In this document: piece by piece, positions 15,501 to 30,500 of the stretch
Position numbering within the stretch: the first letter of the stretch is position 1
Layout: the number at the start of each line of letters is the position of its first letter
Assembly (NCBI RefSeq): GCF_018977255.1
Contig: NW_024704743.1
Location: forward strand, 18,292,001 to 18,356,000
Length of the DNA stretch: 64,000 nt
Source of the DNA: Callorhinchus milii
Lineage: Eukaryota
Direction: 5' to 3'
The notes under the pieces: model-generated
What the model was told of the DNA's origin: nothing
Seen by the model: the letters and a program-made list of their open reading frames with translations, nothing else
The model's database searches: none
Program-made: the position numbers and the translations under genes

Positions 15501-18500
15501 AAGCCCGAATGGGCCAGATGGTCCTAATGGGATAAGAGGTGGAGCACTTATAAACAACGTTCTCTGCTGCAAGATGTGCTGTTTTAGCTTGTTAAACTGC
15601 AGCAATACCCTCAACACACACTGTGAGATCCCTAAGCCTCGATTCATGCCAAACTTTGCCTAATATGTTTTGGAGTTAAGTAAGCAAAGTGAGTGCCTCT
15701 GAGGGAGTTGGGTTGAGGATGTGGAAATCTGGAACCCTCTGCCCCAAAAGGCTGTGGATGCTGGATCAATTCAAAGACTGAGGTGGATAGATATATAGAT
15801 AGAAAGGATATGGAGCAGAGGCAGCTAAATAGAGTTGAGATCCAGATAAGCCTAATAGAATGGTCTAATGGTCTAATAGAATGGCGGAACAGGCTCAGGT
15901 AGCATCAAGCTCCATGGTTGCACACTACAACTCACCAAGCCAGTCAGGAACCCAGGTGTCTTGTTCGATCCTCAACTGTCTTTCCTCCCCCACATTCAAG
16001 CCATGACCCGCTCTGCCTTCCCTCACCTCCATAACATCACTCGATTCTGCCACTATCTCACCCTCAGGCCGCTGAAACTCTTGTTCATGCCTTCATCACC
16101 TCCAGGTTCGACTATGCAAATGCCCTGCTTGTCATCCTTCCCAACTCCTCCCTCCATAGGCTGCAGATAATCCAGAACTCTGCAGCCCGTGTCCTCTCCC
16201 GCACCAAACTCCGTGACCCCATCTCCCCCATTCTTGCCTGACTCCATTGGCTCCCTATCCTTCAGAGGATCCAGTTCAAGATCCTGGTCCTCACCTACAA
16301 AGCTCTCCATGGCCTTGCCCCACCCTACCTCTGCAACCTCCTAACCCCCTACCAACCCGCCCATTCCCTCCGCTCAGCCGGCTCTGGCCTGCTCCACCCA
16401 TCCCCCGACCCACCCTCCCAACCAGTGGTAGGAGAGCCTTCAGCCACTCTGCCCCCAACCTCTGGAATTCCATCCCCCAATCACTCCACTTCGCCCCCTC
16501 TCTAGCCTCCTTCAAGTCCCGCCTCAAGACCCTCCTCTTCGACCATGCCATCGGCCACTCCCCTTCCCCTTCCCTCTCTCCCCCTTGACTCCAGCTCGGG
16601 TCTGACATGCCATTGTCTAGCGCCTTGGATGTCCTCCCGACACAAATGAAAGGCGCTATACAAATGTAATCTTGTTGTCTTTTTGAGGGGCTGAATGGCC
16701 TACTCCTATTCCTTTGTTCCTATGTATTCCATTTCCAGATGTAGGGAAGTTTCATGTGTAGCTGGAATGTGTATGTGGATCTCTCGGTCTAGTTGTGATA
16801 TTCTTAAGCATGATGATGGGTTTCTGCATGCGGCAGACACCTAGCTGACCAAAAGAAAGTTTCATTCTGACTCACCTCCTGGTTTCTCCTTCCAAGTGGC
16901 GTTGAAACCCTTTCCATTGCCTTTTGAATTACTCTTAAATCGGACTGTGATGGCATTGCCAGTGCTGGAGATCACAAGTGGGTTGTTTGGTAGGCGAGTG
17001 TTGCAGAGCTGTGCCAGGCGTGGAGATCTAGTGTCTGGACCAGCATACACCTGAAACAACAGAAAAAGACATATACACTTAGGGCAGAGTCTGGTCTTGT
17101 GCACTCATTCTGAATTCACAACAACAACAATAACCTCCATGCCGGATGGCATCTCAGAGCACAGAACTACTTAAGCAAAATAAATTATTCCGGACAGTGT
17201 TGGGGGAGGGGAAGGGGTACAAAAAATAAAGGCACTTTTCCTTTTGCAGAACTAGCAACATATTTGAATGTTTTGACTCAAGTTAGAAGCCAGACACCAC
17301 CAGATTTTTGTATCATGAATCAGTGGAAAATATTTTCCTAATCATTGTGGGGTATTTTTGTTACAAGACTGATAATCTGTATACGCAGTCATTCAAAGAA
17401 GAGATTCCATGTTTGAATGAATGGGCATTATTTAAATGCTTAGACCAGGGGACATCAGCATAAGCCTGTGGTTTTAGCCTGGCTTTTTCTCTCTTCTGCT
17501 TTATTAGTTCCATTGATTTTAGTGTTAAAGTCAGCATTCCAAACCTCTGAGCAAAACAGAGCCTGGTTTATAAGGCTGGCAAATGTTGAGGAAAAAAACG
17601 CTCGAGCAGAGATATGCTTGCAATGGGGGTGGGGTGGGGGGAGGAATAAAAGTATAAAGTGACTGAAAAGCAACTACAGTAAACCTATGCAACATAAACA
17701 CAAGAGGCTGGGCTACCACTGCTATTAAGCACTTTTATTACTGGGGTTGAATTATAAAATCGTTGAATTAATTGAACTCAAGAAAGTATTACATTTTATT
17801 TTGCCTTGCTCCCCTCTCCTCTTCCATTTTTTTCTTCTTCTGTCAACACACAACATACACAATTTCTCTCCCATACTCATATGCTCTCTGTCTCAAATCA
17901 CCACAGACAGCAACATAAGCCACTAATCCAGTTCTATTACAATTTGTCGTCAAAACACTCTTTAAAACCTCTCTCTTTAACCATGTCTTTGGTCAACAGC
18001 CTCAAACTCTACTTCTCCCTTTCCTGTGTGCGAATCCCCATCATCCTTGTAAAAGACTTTCAGAAAATAATAATAATCCTTGCATTTGCTATAGTGCCTT
18101 ATCATGTCATTGAGACGTCTCAAAGCGCTTCACAGGATGGATGTTACATGAATGCAAGCTGCTGTAATGTATTGAAATGTCTGAGTTTTCAAATTGCTCT
18201 ATTTTAGTTTATGCTCTGGTGTTACTTTGAAACTGGATTAAATCTGACAGCTACCAAAGTGGAACATCTTATCCATCTTGCATTTGAATTCATATTTGAG
18301 CCAAAGCAATATGAGTTAGGGTCCTGTCTTTTCTTTCTTTTAATAAATAAGAATAGTTATTCTCTGGATGTGCAAGACACTTCATCTCCAATACACTTGA
18401 ATTCTGTGTGAAACTACATTGAAAAGATATGTTAGAACGTAAGAACTTAAGAGATGCTAGACGAAAAAAGACTAAGGTCCATCTAGTTTGCCTTCCACCT

Positions 18501-21500
18501 TTCTGGCGGTCGCGATACACACATATGTCTCAAACTGCTTGTGTACTATATCCCATACTGTTATTTCCTAAAATAAAACTATCTAATCTGTGTTTGAAAG
18601 AATCAACACTTCCTGTTTCAAACATCTGCCTAAGGAGCCTGTTCCACAGGTTCACTATTTGCTCACTGAAATAGTGTTTGTGTATATTTGTTCTGAATTT
18701 ATCCCCCAATCAATCACAGGCTGCGTCCTTTGGTTCTACTATTCTAGACAAGTTGAAACAGCCTGTCATGATCTATATTATTTTGGCCCTTTAGAATCTT
18801 AAAGACAACAATCATGTTGCCTCTCAATCTTCTCTTTTCCAGCATGAAGATGCCCAATTTACTTAGTCGTTCCTCATAGTCCAGCCCCTACATTCCCTCA
18901 ATCATATTGGTTTCCCTCCTCTGTATCTTCTCAATTTCTTCAATACCCTCTTTATACTGTAGTGACCAGAACTGTACCCAGTACTCTAAGTATGGTCTCA
19001 CCAATGATTTATACAGTGACAGGATTACCCCACTATTTCGGCTTGTAATTGATCATTTGATACACCCGACCTTCTGGTTTGCTTTACTCACTGACACACA
19101 GCATTGTTGGGAGAGCTTCAATTTATTGTCAATCAGGACCCCCAGGTTCCATACTATCATTTTCCTTCCGTTCAAATGATAGTCCTTCCAGGATTTTTTG
19201 TTCCCATGTGAAGTATTTACATTTTTCCACATTGAATTTCATCTGCCACTGATCTACCCAATTCCCAAGTATGATCAAATCCTCCTGTAACCTGTCTTGT
19301 TCAGCTTCATAATCTACTACCTTCATTAGCTTGGTGTCATCTGCAAACTTAGCCACTGTGCTTGCGACTCCTAGTTCCAGATCATTTATAAAAATATTAA
19401 ACAAAAGAGGTCCCAAAACAGACCCATGTGGAACTCCACTGGTAACATTTTCCCAGTCTGATGACATTCCCTGTTCCACCAACCTCTGGGTTCTTCCGGT
19501 CAACCAATTGAGTATCCATTGTAATATACCTCCATTGATTCCTGCTTTTTTTTTACTGTCAGTACCAGCCTCTCAAGAGGAACTGTATCAAAGGTTTACT
19601 GAAATACAGATGTACAATATCCACCACAGACTTACCCTTATCAAGCTCCCTTGTCACACCGTCAAAGAAAAGCAGTAAATTAGACTGTCAAGACCTCCCC
19701 TTCATGATCCCATATTGGCTATCATTTATGATATATTTCTATCCAGATGCTCTGTGATTTTATCCTTGATAAGAGTCTCCATAATTTTACCTACAACGGA
19801 TGTCAAGCTTAGTGGTCTGTAGTTTACTGGGTCACTTTTGTTAGCTTTCTTAAAAATAGGAGTAACATCTGTCTTTCTCCAATCCCTCGGCACCTCTCCA
19901 GTATTCAGTGATTTTTGATAGATGCGTGTCAGCATTTCTGTGACTTCCTCCTTTAGTTCCTTAAGGATCCTTGGATGCAATTTATCTGGTCCCCGAGATT
20001 TATTTACCTTAAATATACACAGCTGCTTGGCAACCATGCTGGTAGTGATATCAATCGTGTTGCAACTTTTCTCTGCGATGTTGATGCTGGCACAAAACAC
20101 ACAATGCACCAAACAGGATGACTGACATAATGTGCCAATATGATACATAGGATGAAGGCAATGTGAAATGGAACATGACCGTTTCAATCTCATTTAACGT
20201 TTGACTGTGGCTCAATACAAAGAGTAGACTAGCAGTAGGAAGCATCTAGTGAGCCCTCAATAGGTTGATTTTATCCTTGCGAGCTTCCCAGTAAGCAGCA
20301 CAGCTCCACACGAAATGCATGAGAGCAAATTCACTATCTTGGTCATTTGACATTCAATAAGCGCAGGTTTCTTGGAATGTAGCGCTTGTACCTCCAGTAC
20401 ATCGAAGTTGCAGGTTTTGTGATATTCCACATCAAACTCATGGATAGTAAACTCAATACTGTTGCCCTCATCCACGTGAAGGAACCATAGGCACTCCCTG
20501 TTATGAGGATACCAGTTGGGAAAGCCTGGGCTGCTGACTGCTCCATTCGGTCCAAACAGATCTCCACCACATCCTGGAGAAAGAAAAGTAATATCTATGA
20601 GAACAATAACTGGCATTTGCTGATACTATATTAGCTAAATTAGTAAATTGATCACATCTCCAAATATATATACTGGGCTATACAACGGGATAGTTAATTT
20701 ACTAAGGCATAGCAAGACTAGGGCTCCAGTGTAGACTGAATTAGCTGATCTCAGTTGGGCCATTACAATTCATGGGATTCAACCCTATGCCTTTCCGAAC
20801 TGTATGACTTAGGGCTGTCTCTTTATCTACCACAAGCCATTGGAGGAACTCATTAAGCAACATTTTAATAGTGCATTTGTTTCCCTTTTTCTTTAACCCA
20901 CTGTTTGAATTCTTGGTACATCCTAACTGAAGGGAAGCTGTGCCTTTGAAATACATTCAACTCTAACCACTTCAGTAGTTTTCAGCAGCATTAACCACAA
21001 TGAGACATTCAAAGATATTTGAAGCCTTTGACCAAAGTAATTGAATGGAGCATTTTCTAGAATTCCTTTGACAAATGCCACTGGCCTGCGATTGTACGCA
21101 AGGTTGGATAGTTTTCTTTTAGGAAATAACATTATTAGATATAGTACATAGGTAGTTCGGGGCATATGTGCATGCAACTGCCAGGAAGGTGTAAGGTGAA
21201 TTAGGTGGACCTGAGTCTTTTTCCAATGAGCATTTCTTATCTTATGTTCTTATAAGCACATGTTTGACACAGAAAGGCTACTTATATTTGTGAAAATACA
21301 ATTCCCAGAACATGCATTGTTAAAGAAATTTAAAGGGGCGGAGAATTGCCTATTAAAAGTCACTGTGACTTATAAAGGAATCCTATTAAGAACACTAAAA
21401 TTAGACTCCTTTGTAGCAGATAGAAACTGCCATTTCTATTTGCTTTTGCCTCACAAAAACTCACGATCTCTTTCACTGCTTGGTTCTCTTAGATACACTA

Positions 21501-24500
21501 TAGGTGGGACAGTTTGCTTCTTGGAGCAATGCCATTCAATCAAATGTCTGATCTGGAGCCGCACAATCATAGAAAACAGTTTGCCATTGTGGTTTAATTT
21601 CGAACTAGCAGCCCCCACACTGCTCTGAGGTGCTGACCCCATTGAAGTGAATGGAGCAGCTCCAGGATGCTGTAACAAATGGAGTGCAGCATTTGAGCAG
21701 AGAAACATGGTAGAAGGTTTTGAGAAAGGCTACAAATTCAGAATGTGCCACAATATCTTCATTCCTATATTGCTTTTTAAGTCAGGGATTCGGGGGAGGG
21801 AGAGGGGACGAGAGTACTTCCTCACCTTTCTTCCTCTTGACAGCTAGGAATTGAATTTAAAGCCAGCGGTGATCATTGAATGAATAGTACCAGAAGGCCA
21901 TCAATTTCCTCTTCCCTCACATGGGGGCTCAGGGGAATTGTAAATAGAAACAATGGTCTGCAGTTTTGTTTTATCATTATATCAATGGAATCATGAAAGA
22001 TTAAGGTCCAGTTGGCATTCTTCCTTTTTAGTCAATTATATTGTTGAGTAAACACTGAGCCCATCAGATTTCTGAAGCTGCTGATAAGTGAGGAATCCCT
22101 CTGACAACAGAGAGACACTCCATCTTCATAGCAAAGGTATTGGACATCATCCCACTGCAACCAAATAATGCAATGGAAACTGAGCAAGTCTCAGCACTAA
22201 CAGATGATTAGGGAGAGGGATATGCTCCACTGTCAAGATAGGGAGTGAGGAGGGGAGAAGGAGGGGCTGCATTATAAATACAGAAGCTGTGAGTCATTTC
22301 CCTCTAACATATATTCAACGGTATTATCTTGTGCAATCATTGCTTTTCCACACCATTTTGTTCTTGCATTTTAAAAGGACCTTAACCTTATTTTGAATTT
22401 TGGCATGTGAAGCTCTAAACTGTGGTGATAATGATTAAAAGGCTCCTCCTATTCCAAAATTCACAGAGTGAGTCCCAATTCAGCAGTCTGGTAGCAATTT
22501 TATTTTGTGAAGTATTTCACCAGTCATTTATTTAAATAAAGCTTTCCAGTTTTTCTCAGTATAGAGATGGGAACAGTGTTGCAGTGGGTTCAATCACAGC
22601 TGTAATTTCCTTCCTTATTCTAGAATGACTCATCTGTCTGCTCTGACTTCACATGGAAGGAATCATTCGCAAAGCCTTTTTCCAGACCCAGATTGTTCGA
22701 ATAGAAGATTTTTTCACCCATTAAGTTTTCTCCTCTCCCCCAAAAGTATCTGTACTCTTTTTTTCCCTGACTGAGGTACACTTCCACTCCAGTAACTCAT
22801 CAGTCACTTGTGAGCAATCAATATGGGCAGGATATTTCACTGTGAGCCCAATCTTGTCCTCACTTGATGTCCACACCAACCCACACACCAGTAGGCAGGA
22901 TCTCAGGTTAGCAATAGACAGTGGAGGGAAATTCCACCTGGATCTAGTTTTATATTTTTTTGTCATCATTACAGAGCTTGGACCATTCTGAAATTTATTC
23001 TTAATTTTTGAAGCAGTAGGTTCTTTTAAGATAGCCTTATCTGTACAGAAATAATAATAATGCTTGGATTTGATAGAGTGCCTTATCACATCTTCGAGAC
23101 ATCTCAAACTGCTTCACAGAATATAGTGTAAAGTGAATTGACTGTATATTTCGTGGGCGATGTACAATGAAGAGGATTTGCATGTATGCAGAAATGTACA
23201 GAGAAAAATCCTTGCAGGTTTTATTGGTGTGCGGTTTCTAAATGTCATTGCAAACTGGGCTCCTCAGACCTTGCAGTTTAGGAATCCACAAGTTGCAGTT
23301 TTTATAAATCTAGTACACATCTTTCATTTCTTTGAAATTTCACCAACTACATTTATTTTCAACTCTCGGAATTTGCCAAACAGTTCAATAGGCCAGCCAC
23401 CTGCATCGATTCTTAGATGTAGAGTTCCCTACGTGAAGAGAACCATTTGAGCACACACCACTGAGGGTTGAGGTCAGTGAAACTCACCTTTCCTTCAAAG
23501 TTAATTTTCACACAAATATCAGGGGCATTTCAAATAAATTTAGATAAGCGAACAAAACAAAAGATAGCCTCAAGTTCCACAGAAAAAAAACTATAGAATC
23601 ACCCATTAAGATAATATTTACAACAAGTCGAAAGAAAAAAGAGTAAAATGCCTTCCATTTCACATGCTACGAATAATAGGAAATTTAAAAACAAATTCAG
23701 GAATCTAACCCATTTCAGGAAATCTCACAGACGGTGAATGTTTTTGCAGCTTCACATGTGTAACTAGAAGCTGCTCGCACAGACTTATCTGTTCTTTGTC
23801 AGGCACAATGGAAACAGAGAGCAATTTAGACTCTATTGCCTTATGACTGCACTGCAATCATTTTGGGGAAATCACTGCCTGGCACAAAAATATTCACAAG
23901 GAATTTAATGCATTTACCTAACGACAAAGCCCCTGGCCTTATGAAAAGTTAACTTTCAGAGTGTGCGGATAAATTGCTGGAAACTCCAGAGAGCCATTTT
24001 AAAGGACGGACAGAAAAATTCTGATCTAAACTTTGCTGAAAAAAAACTGTACAATTAAAAAAATGTTTCCGTGCAAGATTATCTAAAGTTGATCTACGTA
24101 CGCTTGACTTGGTGACTAAGCTGTTACGAGCCAGATGGGGAAATGACCATCAGCTCAGAAACTGAAAAAAATTGCATAATTTTTTCCATTTGGCCCCAAA
24201 AAAACCTGAAAACCCTAGCAAGAGTCTGTGATAATGTCTGACCTTGCAACGTTGCTAGGAGATGAAACAACAAACAGAAGATTCCAGTTAAAAAAGAAAC
24301 TGACCTACAGCAAAATATCTGCAGCTTTTGAAATGCTGAGTTATTCTGCTGAAGCACAGGGGCACATTGCTGAAGTGATGATTTATTACACCAGTAAATG
24401 TTATGTTGTCAACCAAATAAGTCCCGTGGCAGATTGAAATACACAGCAGTGGAAATGGTTGCTGATCCATGTAAGTTCATAAAAATTAGTCATTTGTGTT

Positions 24501-27500
24501 GAAAAACTGCACTATCAGTGCTGAATTTGGATCCTTAAAGTAAATAGTAACAAAAGACTGGCTTATACTTTTGAAAAAGATTGAAAAATTTTGATTTAAG
24601 AATGCTCAGCCACAATATACACACAGCCACACTGCAGTATATCCTGTGAACTGCTTTGAGTCGTCTCGACAACATTAAATGCAAGGATAATTATTAAGAA
24701 TTCAAGTGGTGATTGTATTTAAAGTTTGTGTGGTTCTCTGTATCTGGGGCTGTTGATCAATCAAAATATAATAATCCTTACATTTGACATAGTGCTTTTC
24801 ATTTCAGGATGATTTATCAAATTAATGAATTTACTGTAAAGTGACTGTAGATTTTGTGGGTGAACTTGGCAGCCTATTTGCGCACAGCAATTTCCCCACA
24901 ATCAGCCATGATTTGTGGTGAGGATTTATCTCACGGGGTTCAGTGAATCATAAGGGAATCATGCACTCTCACAACATGCTGTTTGTAGACCTCCTGCTTC
25001 AGTGCGACATTCCCTCTGTCTCCAGGAAGCAACTACAGCATGATTTTGGACATGGATAACATTACATCAAAATGAAAGCGGGGATGTCACAATGTTGGAG
25101 AATAAAGTTCATTAGAAAACGTTATCCATATATGGTCTTCAGCGAAGCTAAAAAGGAGTTAGGAATCCAGAAATCTGATTTAAAAAATAGAAAATGCTGA
25201 AATTTCACATCATCTAAAAGACAAAGCTACGTTAGCACTTTGTGTTAACATTGTGTAGGCCTGATGCCAAGCCCAAGCCCTCTGCTCCACCATCGGCAGC
25301 CATGCCTTCAGCCATTATGTCCCTAACCTCTGGAACTCCCGGTTTCAAACCTTCTGCCTGGTCTCTTCCTTATCTATCTTGAAGACCTACGTCTTTGACC
25401 GCTCCCATGTTCACCTCCACCTCCCCTTTCTCCCTTGCTCAACTTCAACCCCCGGCAATGGGCAGTGCCGAAAGACGCTATGCTTCGGGCAGGGCCCTAT
25501 ACAAGTTGTTGTTTGCATGTCCCTTTATCAGTTTGATTTTTTCTCATTAGTTAATTAGTGAAGGTGTAAAGTCACTGCCTTCCAAATATCCTAGATGGAA
25601 TATTTTTGGCAATATACACAACAATCTGCTTGTGTGTTGGCAATGAACGCATGCCACAATTATTAACTTTTCAGAGCATGCTCAATCCAGAGGAGAAAAA
25701 TCTTTGTTGATTTGTTATTTGCGTGTCCTTTTCCATAATTATGCTGTAGTTGCTTTCTGGAGGACAGAGGGTGTGGCGCCCTTGAAAGTGGAGCAGTAGG
25801 TCTACAAAAAATTTGTTGTGGGAGTGCATTATGATTCACTGAGCCCACAGGATGAATCTGTCGAGCATGAAGTTCTAAGACAACAGATGTTGGGATTCAA
25901 AAGTAAAGGTCAAAACCTGATTCAGATGCAATGCAAACCTACATTTATATAGTGCCTTTCACATCAGGAGACCATTCCAAAGTGCTCAACAGTCCTGGCT
26001 TGGCACCCGAGCTGAGGGTGGGAGAAGAGGGGAGTGGGAAAAGATGACCAAGGTGTGGTCAAACAGGAATGTCTTGAGATGGATATATACTGTTGCAAAC
26101 TTTTTAAATTGCCACAAATCTGAACGCTGCTCCCTCCAACCCAAATCCTCAACAGGAGGTCCTAATGAGGCACAATTCCAGTGAGTTTGTAATAAGAAAA
26201 TTTAACTGTACATTGCCTCTGATCCTTAAATATGGGTTAAGTTAGCTTTTTCCTCAGGCCAAATCCCTTTCTTCTAATCTCCCTTATTTTTCCCATAACT
26301 GGCCAAATCGGATCATGGATAGGGATGAAAAGTAGACACAATTTAGACTTTTTTTTGGCTTGAAATTCCAGGTTTCTGAAATTGTAAACTGTGACCACCT
26401 CAGTTTAGTAACACATTTAACCAGTCTTGCTATGTGGAGTTGAATTGCTTTATAGAGCAGCACTGCCTGGTATAAGTAATGAGCACACATATCTGGGCGA
26501 AACTTGCTATCAATGATATGTTGATAATTATTGCTAGTAACTGAGGATTATGACTTCTTTGGTAAATGTGGTCAAAAAGGCCCGTAGAAAAGTCTATAAT
26601 TAAAATTGGTTATGGGATAGGGAAGGGGGAAAGGAGTAAGAGAAAAGAGGACAGGATCTGGGGGGGGGGTGAAGTCGATAAAGTAGCTAAAATCAAGAGT
26701 GCAGTGATCGCAGAAAGCACCAAATAAGACCAGGCAACCAGACAGGAAGATTAAGGGGAAAAGAGTAGAATTTGGTGTGTATGCATACTTTAGCCAGAGG
26801 TTAAAGGGTCTGGATCAACTAGAGGTTAAATCAAGAATGCATATTAGGAGGAGCTTTTTCACAAGAGTGGTGGAATGAGAGGTAGTGTGGATTCTCTGCA
26901 ACGTAGATTGTTAAAGTGTCAACCATATGCACATTCAAAAAAGACTGGATACACAGTGGGAGGAGAATAAAGTTGAGGGATATGGGGAAAGGGCTGGAAT
27001 ATGGGACTAGGGATAGGATCTAGGATGGACACTTGTGTGGAGTATAAGGATCGACCAGACTGGAGTGCCAAATATTTCTCAGCTGTACTTTCTTAAATGT
27101 TGTGACAATGTATTTGTAGGCGGAAATTTTTTAAATGTAACAAATAGCTTCAGTTTGGTGAAAAAGTAGGCCCCTTGGAAACTAATGGAACACTACCAGT
27201 GGTGAAATCTAATGTAGTTATTTCGTCAACCGCTTGGTGGTGTCACACAACAGGAAGCGATCTCACTGCAGAGAGCTAAATCAAAACCAGGCCAGTGAAG
27301 GCAAATATCAGATTCCCTAAAAATCTCCAGAGAAATGCATAAAGCATTTCTCATGTGAAGAGCCGAGAAGCCGACATGCCCTCTGTGACTATCCCTGCTG
27401 CTCCATAAATACATTTCACTGTTGTTCCCAGTCCTCTCAATGCTGGCCCTTTCCCATTATTCCTTAGCTTTGCTTCCTTTGAAATGTCGGTGATTAATTT

Positions 27501-30500
27501 ATGAGGCTTTCAGGCAAAAGAGCTGGAGATAATCCTTAGTTTGAGACACTATTTGTAATATCATTAAACTGCCCTTCACGTGGGGCAGCATCTCCGAGCG
27601 CTTAACAGTGGCAGAGTATAACGCAGAGCCAGTGGGAGAGAGGAGGTGACAACAAACATGGTCAAAGAGGAAGGTATTGGGTCATAATCTAAAAGAGGGG
27701 AAGGCGGGGGCAAGGCAGAGGGATTGGGGGAGAGAGTTTCAAAGCTTTGGGGCATAGTGGCTAAAAGCAAATCATAGAGCATAGATCATTCAATCCACAG
27801 AATCTGTTCTGGTGTTGCTAGCTCCCGACAATACTCCCTAAACCCAATTTACTGCTCTTTCTCCCTTTTATATAGTTTCTCTAGAAATACATATCCAAGA
27901 ACCTTTTAATCGCCATTATGGTCTTAGTTTCCATAGCCACTTGTTGCAAAAGATTCCATTATTATGAGTTCATACTTAAATAAAACATTAAAATCTTTTT
28001 TAAAAACACTCTGAGGAATTACTCGTGTAAGAATTCACCCAGCAGAGGAAATTTAACCAAAGCCAGATTGATTAACGCAGGAAAAAGAACAGCCAGTTAG
28101 GAAATGAGAGTGTCACATAAGAGTTTGGCAGCATAACATCCAAACAATTCTTAATGGATTAACACTAGGATAGTCTGGGACAAGCGACAAGTGGGGCAGA
28201 CAATGTAAGGAAGCATTGTGATTTATCTTACCGTTCTGTAACCACAGCATCTGAAATCCAGCCGCCGAACTGTAGCTAAGCTCTGTACAGAACACTACAT
28301 GAAGACTGGAACTGTTGGATGTGCCTGCTGGGGGAATGGTTTGGTCACAGAAAGTACCAATAAGTGGAGATTTGTCGTTGGGTCCATCATATAGCTAAAT
28401 TGGGGAGAAGAGGGAAGAAAATATCATGAATGAGTTATTAGTTAGTTACAAGGGAGAGAGAGAGAGAAACAAATATTGGATCATGACAGGGAATTAGCTG
28501 GTTCGAGCACAAAAAGATAATCCAACTGATGAGAATTCCAGGGTAAACTAGCAAGACTCTCTCTCTCTTTCCCCTTTATGCCAAATCCCACAAAATTATA
28601 ATCCAAGTCATCCAGGTGTCAGCCTGGCTCAGTTGGCAGGATTCTTGACTCTGAGTCAGAAGGTTGTGGGTTCAAGATCTGCATTGGGACTCTGAACTCA
28701 CAGTCCAGGCTGATGCTCCAGTGGAGTATTGAAGGAAGCATTGAATTGTTGGAGATGCTGTCCTTCGAATTAGATGTAAACTGGGATTCCGGCTGACTAT
28801 TTAGGTGGATTTTAAAGATCCAAAATAAAGAGAGTTTTTCCCCAGTGTCCTGGCCAATAATCCCTCAGCTAAAATTTGTCATTCACTTCATGATACTGCT
28901 TTTCGGACACTGCTGTGTGCAAATTGGCTGTCATGTTTGTCTACAAAGTACACAGTCAATAAACTTGAGAGTAAAATCCTATGAAGCGCTTTGAGACGTA
29001 TTTATGACCGGTGAAAAGAGCGATGAAATACCAAAATTAATATAATCTTTTAATTTATGTTTTCAAGCACTTGGAAACCACCTAAGTTCTGTATTGCTGG
29101 AGGAGCAGCTAACTCAAACAACTCATCTGATTGTTGAACTTCAACCATCTCAGTGAAGCATTTTATTACATGGGTTTTCTGTAACAAGAGTAAGTGCTAC
29201 GAAACTGGTAGTGAGAATTCTGGCAAACCGCAACATTTGTAGAGGTGAAATCTGAGTGTTTCATAGTGTGTCTATGATAATAGTCAGTGATACACTATGG
29301 GTACTATTGTAATGTGCTTCATTGTAGTGCAAATTCAGTTATAGCACTTGGACACCTTTCACTGTGTACCTGTACACAGCCAGATGACAGCCTTCTCTCA
29401 AATAGGAAGTGACGTTGGCAGCAACCTGATAACATGGATTATCAGATGGCTGGTAGAAATGAGTCCTCTTTAGGTAGATAACTGGTACCTGAAACACCCT
29501 GCAAGCTTCCTGGTGAGAAGCACAATTCAGCATGAAACATGTGAAGGAATTATCATTGGAGAGAAAACTACGAGAATCAGAAACCTGGAGTAATGCATTG
29601 CATACAGGCAAGTGCTTAAGGTTGGTATTACGTAAGGAATTAGTAACACATTTTCTGATATTCCTCAATTTAGTCTTTGTATTCAAAATAAATGGCAAAG
29701 GAATACTGCAAATTTTGCTATCCTAGATTTCCAGGGTCAAATAATCCCTGAAGACCTGCTGTAAAGTACAATTTGGGGTGAACTGTGTTCGATACGTTAA
29801 GGGATGACAATGCTAGGGTTCTAAATGTTGGTTTCAAGTATGTGAGGGCCACACATAGCGCAGTGAATCTGCCTCTTCTGTGACCACCGGTTTAGAAAAG
29901 CTCCCTTGGACTACCAGGATGTTTTCATTCCCCTCAGTGGCCTTTCTTGTTCTCTCTCATTGCCAGTCTAATGTACGATTAAGGGAACATTAGTCCATCA
30001 ATAAGGGAATATTTGGCCATTAAACCCATAAACATTAGGGGCTGTGTTTCAGACTGCCCAAACTCATTTTTCATAGAAACTTTTACCCATTTATTTAGCA
30101 AGCAAGGATTGTGACATTGTTAATTCTCTGATTCCAGGAACAAGAGTAAACATTTCATCCAGATACCATCTTAAAATTTAATTCATAAATTAAAAGTAAA
30201 CCTTTCTCCTTGCTGCATCCCTTTAACGGGATGAATTCATATAGTTGTGACAATAATTATTTATTACACCTTATCACATCATCAAAATGTCTCAAAGTGA
30301 TTCACAGGATTTAGTGTAGTCAACGGTGTATTTTGTATGCAACTCTGAATTTCGCACAACTGAGCCAGTTGACACAATATATCTGTTAAGCAATACAGGT
30401 ATTTCCATTTGGTGCCACGATTCATTGAAGTAATCCAGCATGAAAATATGGTGGTTTTTAACACTTGGAAGTTAAAAGGAGAATGAATCCTTTCTTTGAA

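Noticed and set aside
19129..20193. Functional reverse transcriptase gene
   Set aside because: 5'-truncated CR1 with stops, frameshifts and an altered PQG motif.
22926..22935. Perfect NF-kB site GGGAAATTCC
   Set aside because: Single motif at the edge of a decayed repeat (related to about 36905 and 1075); no independent support.
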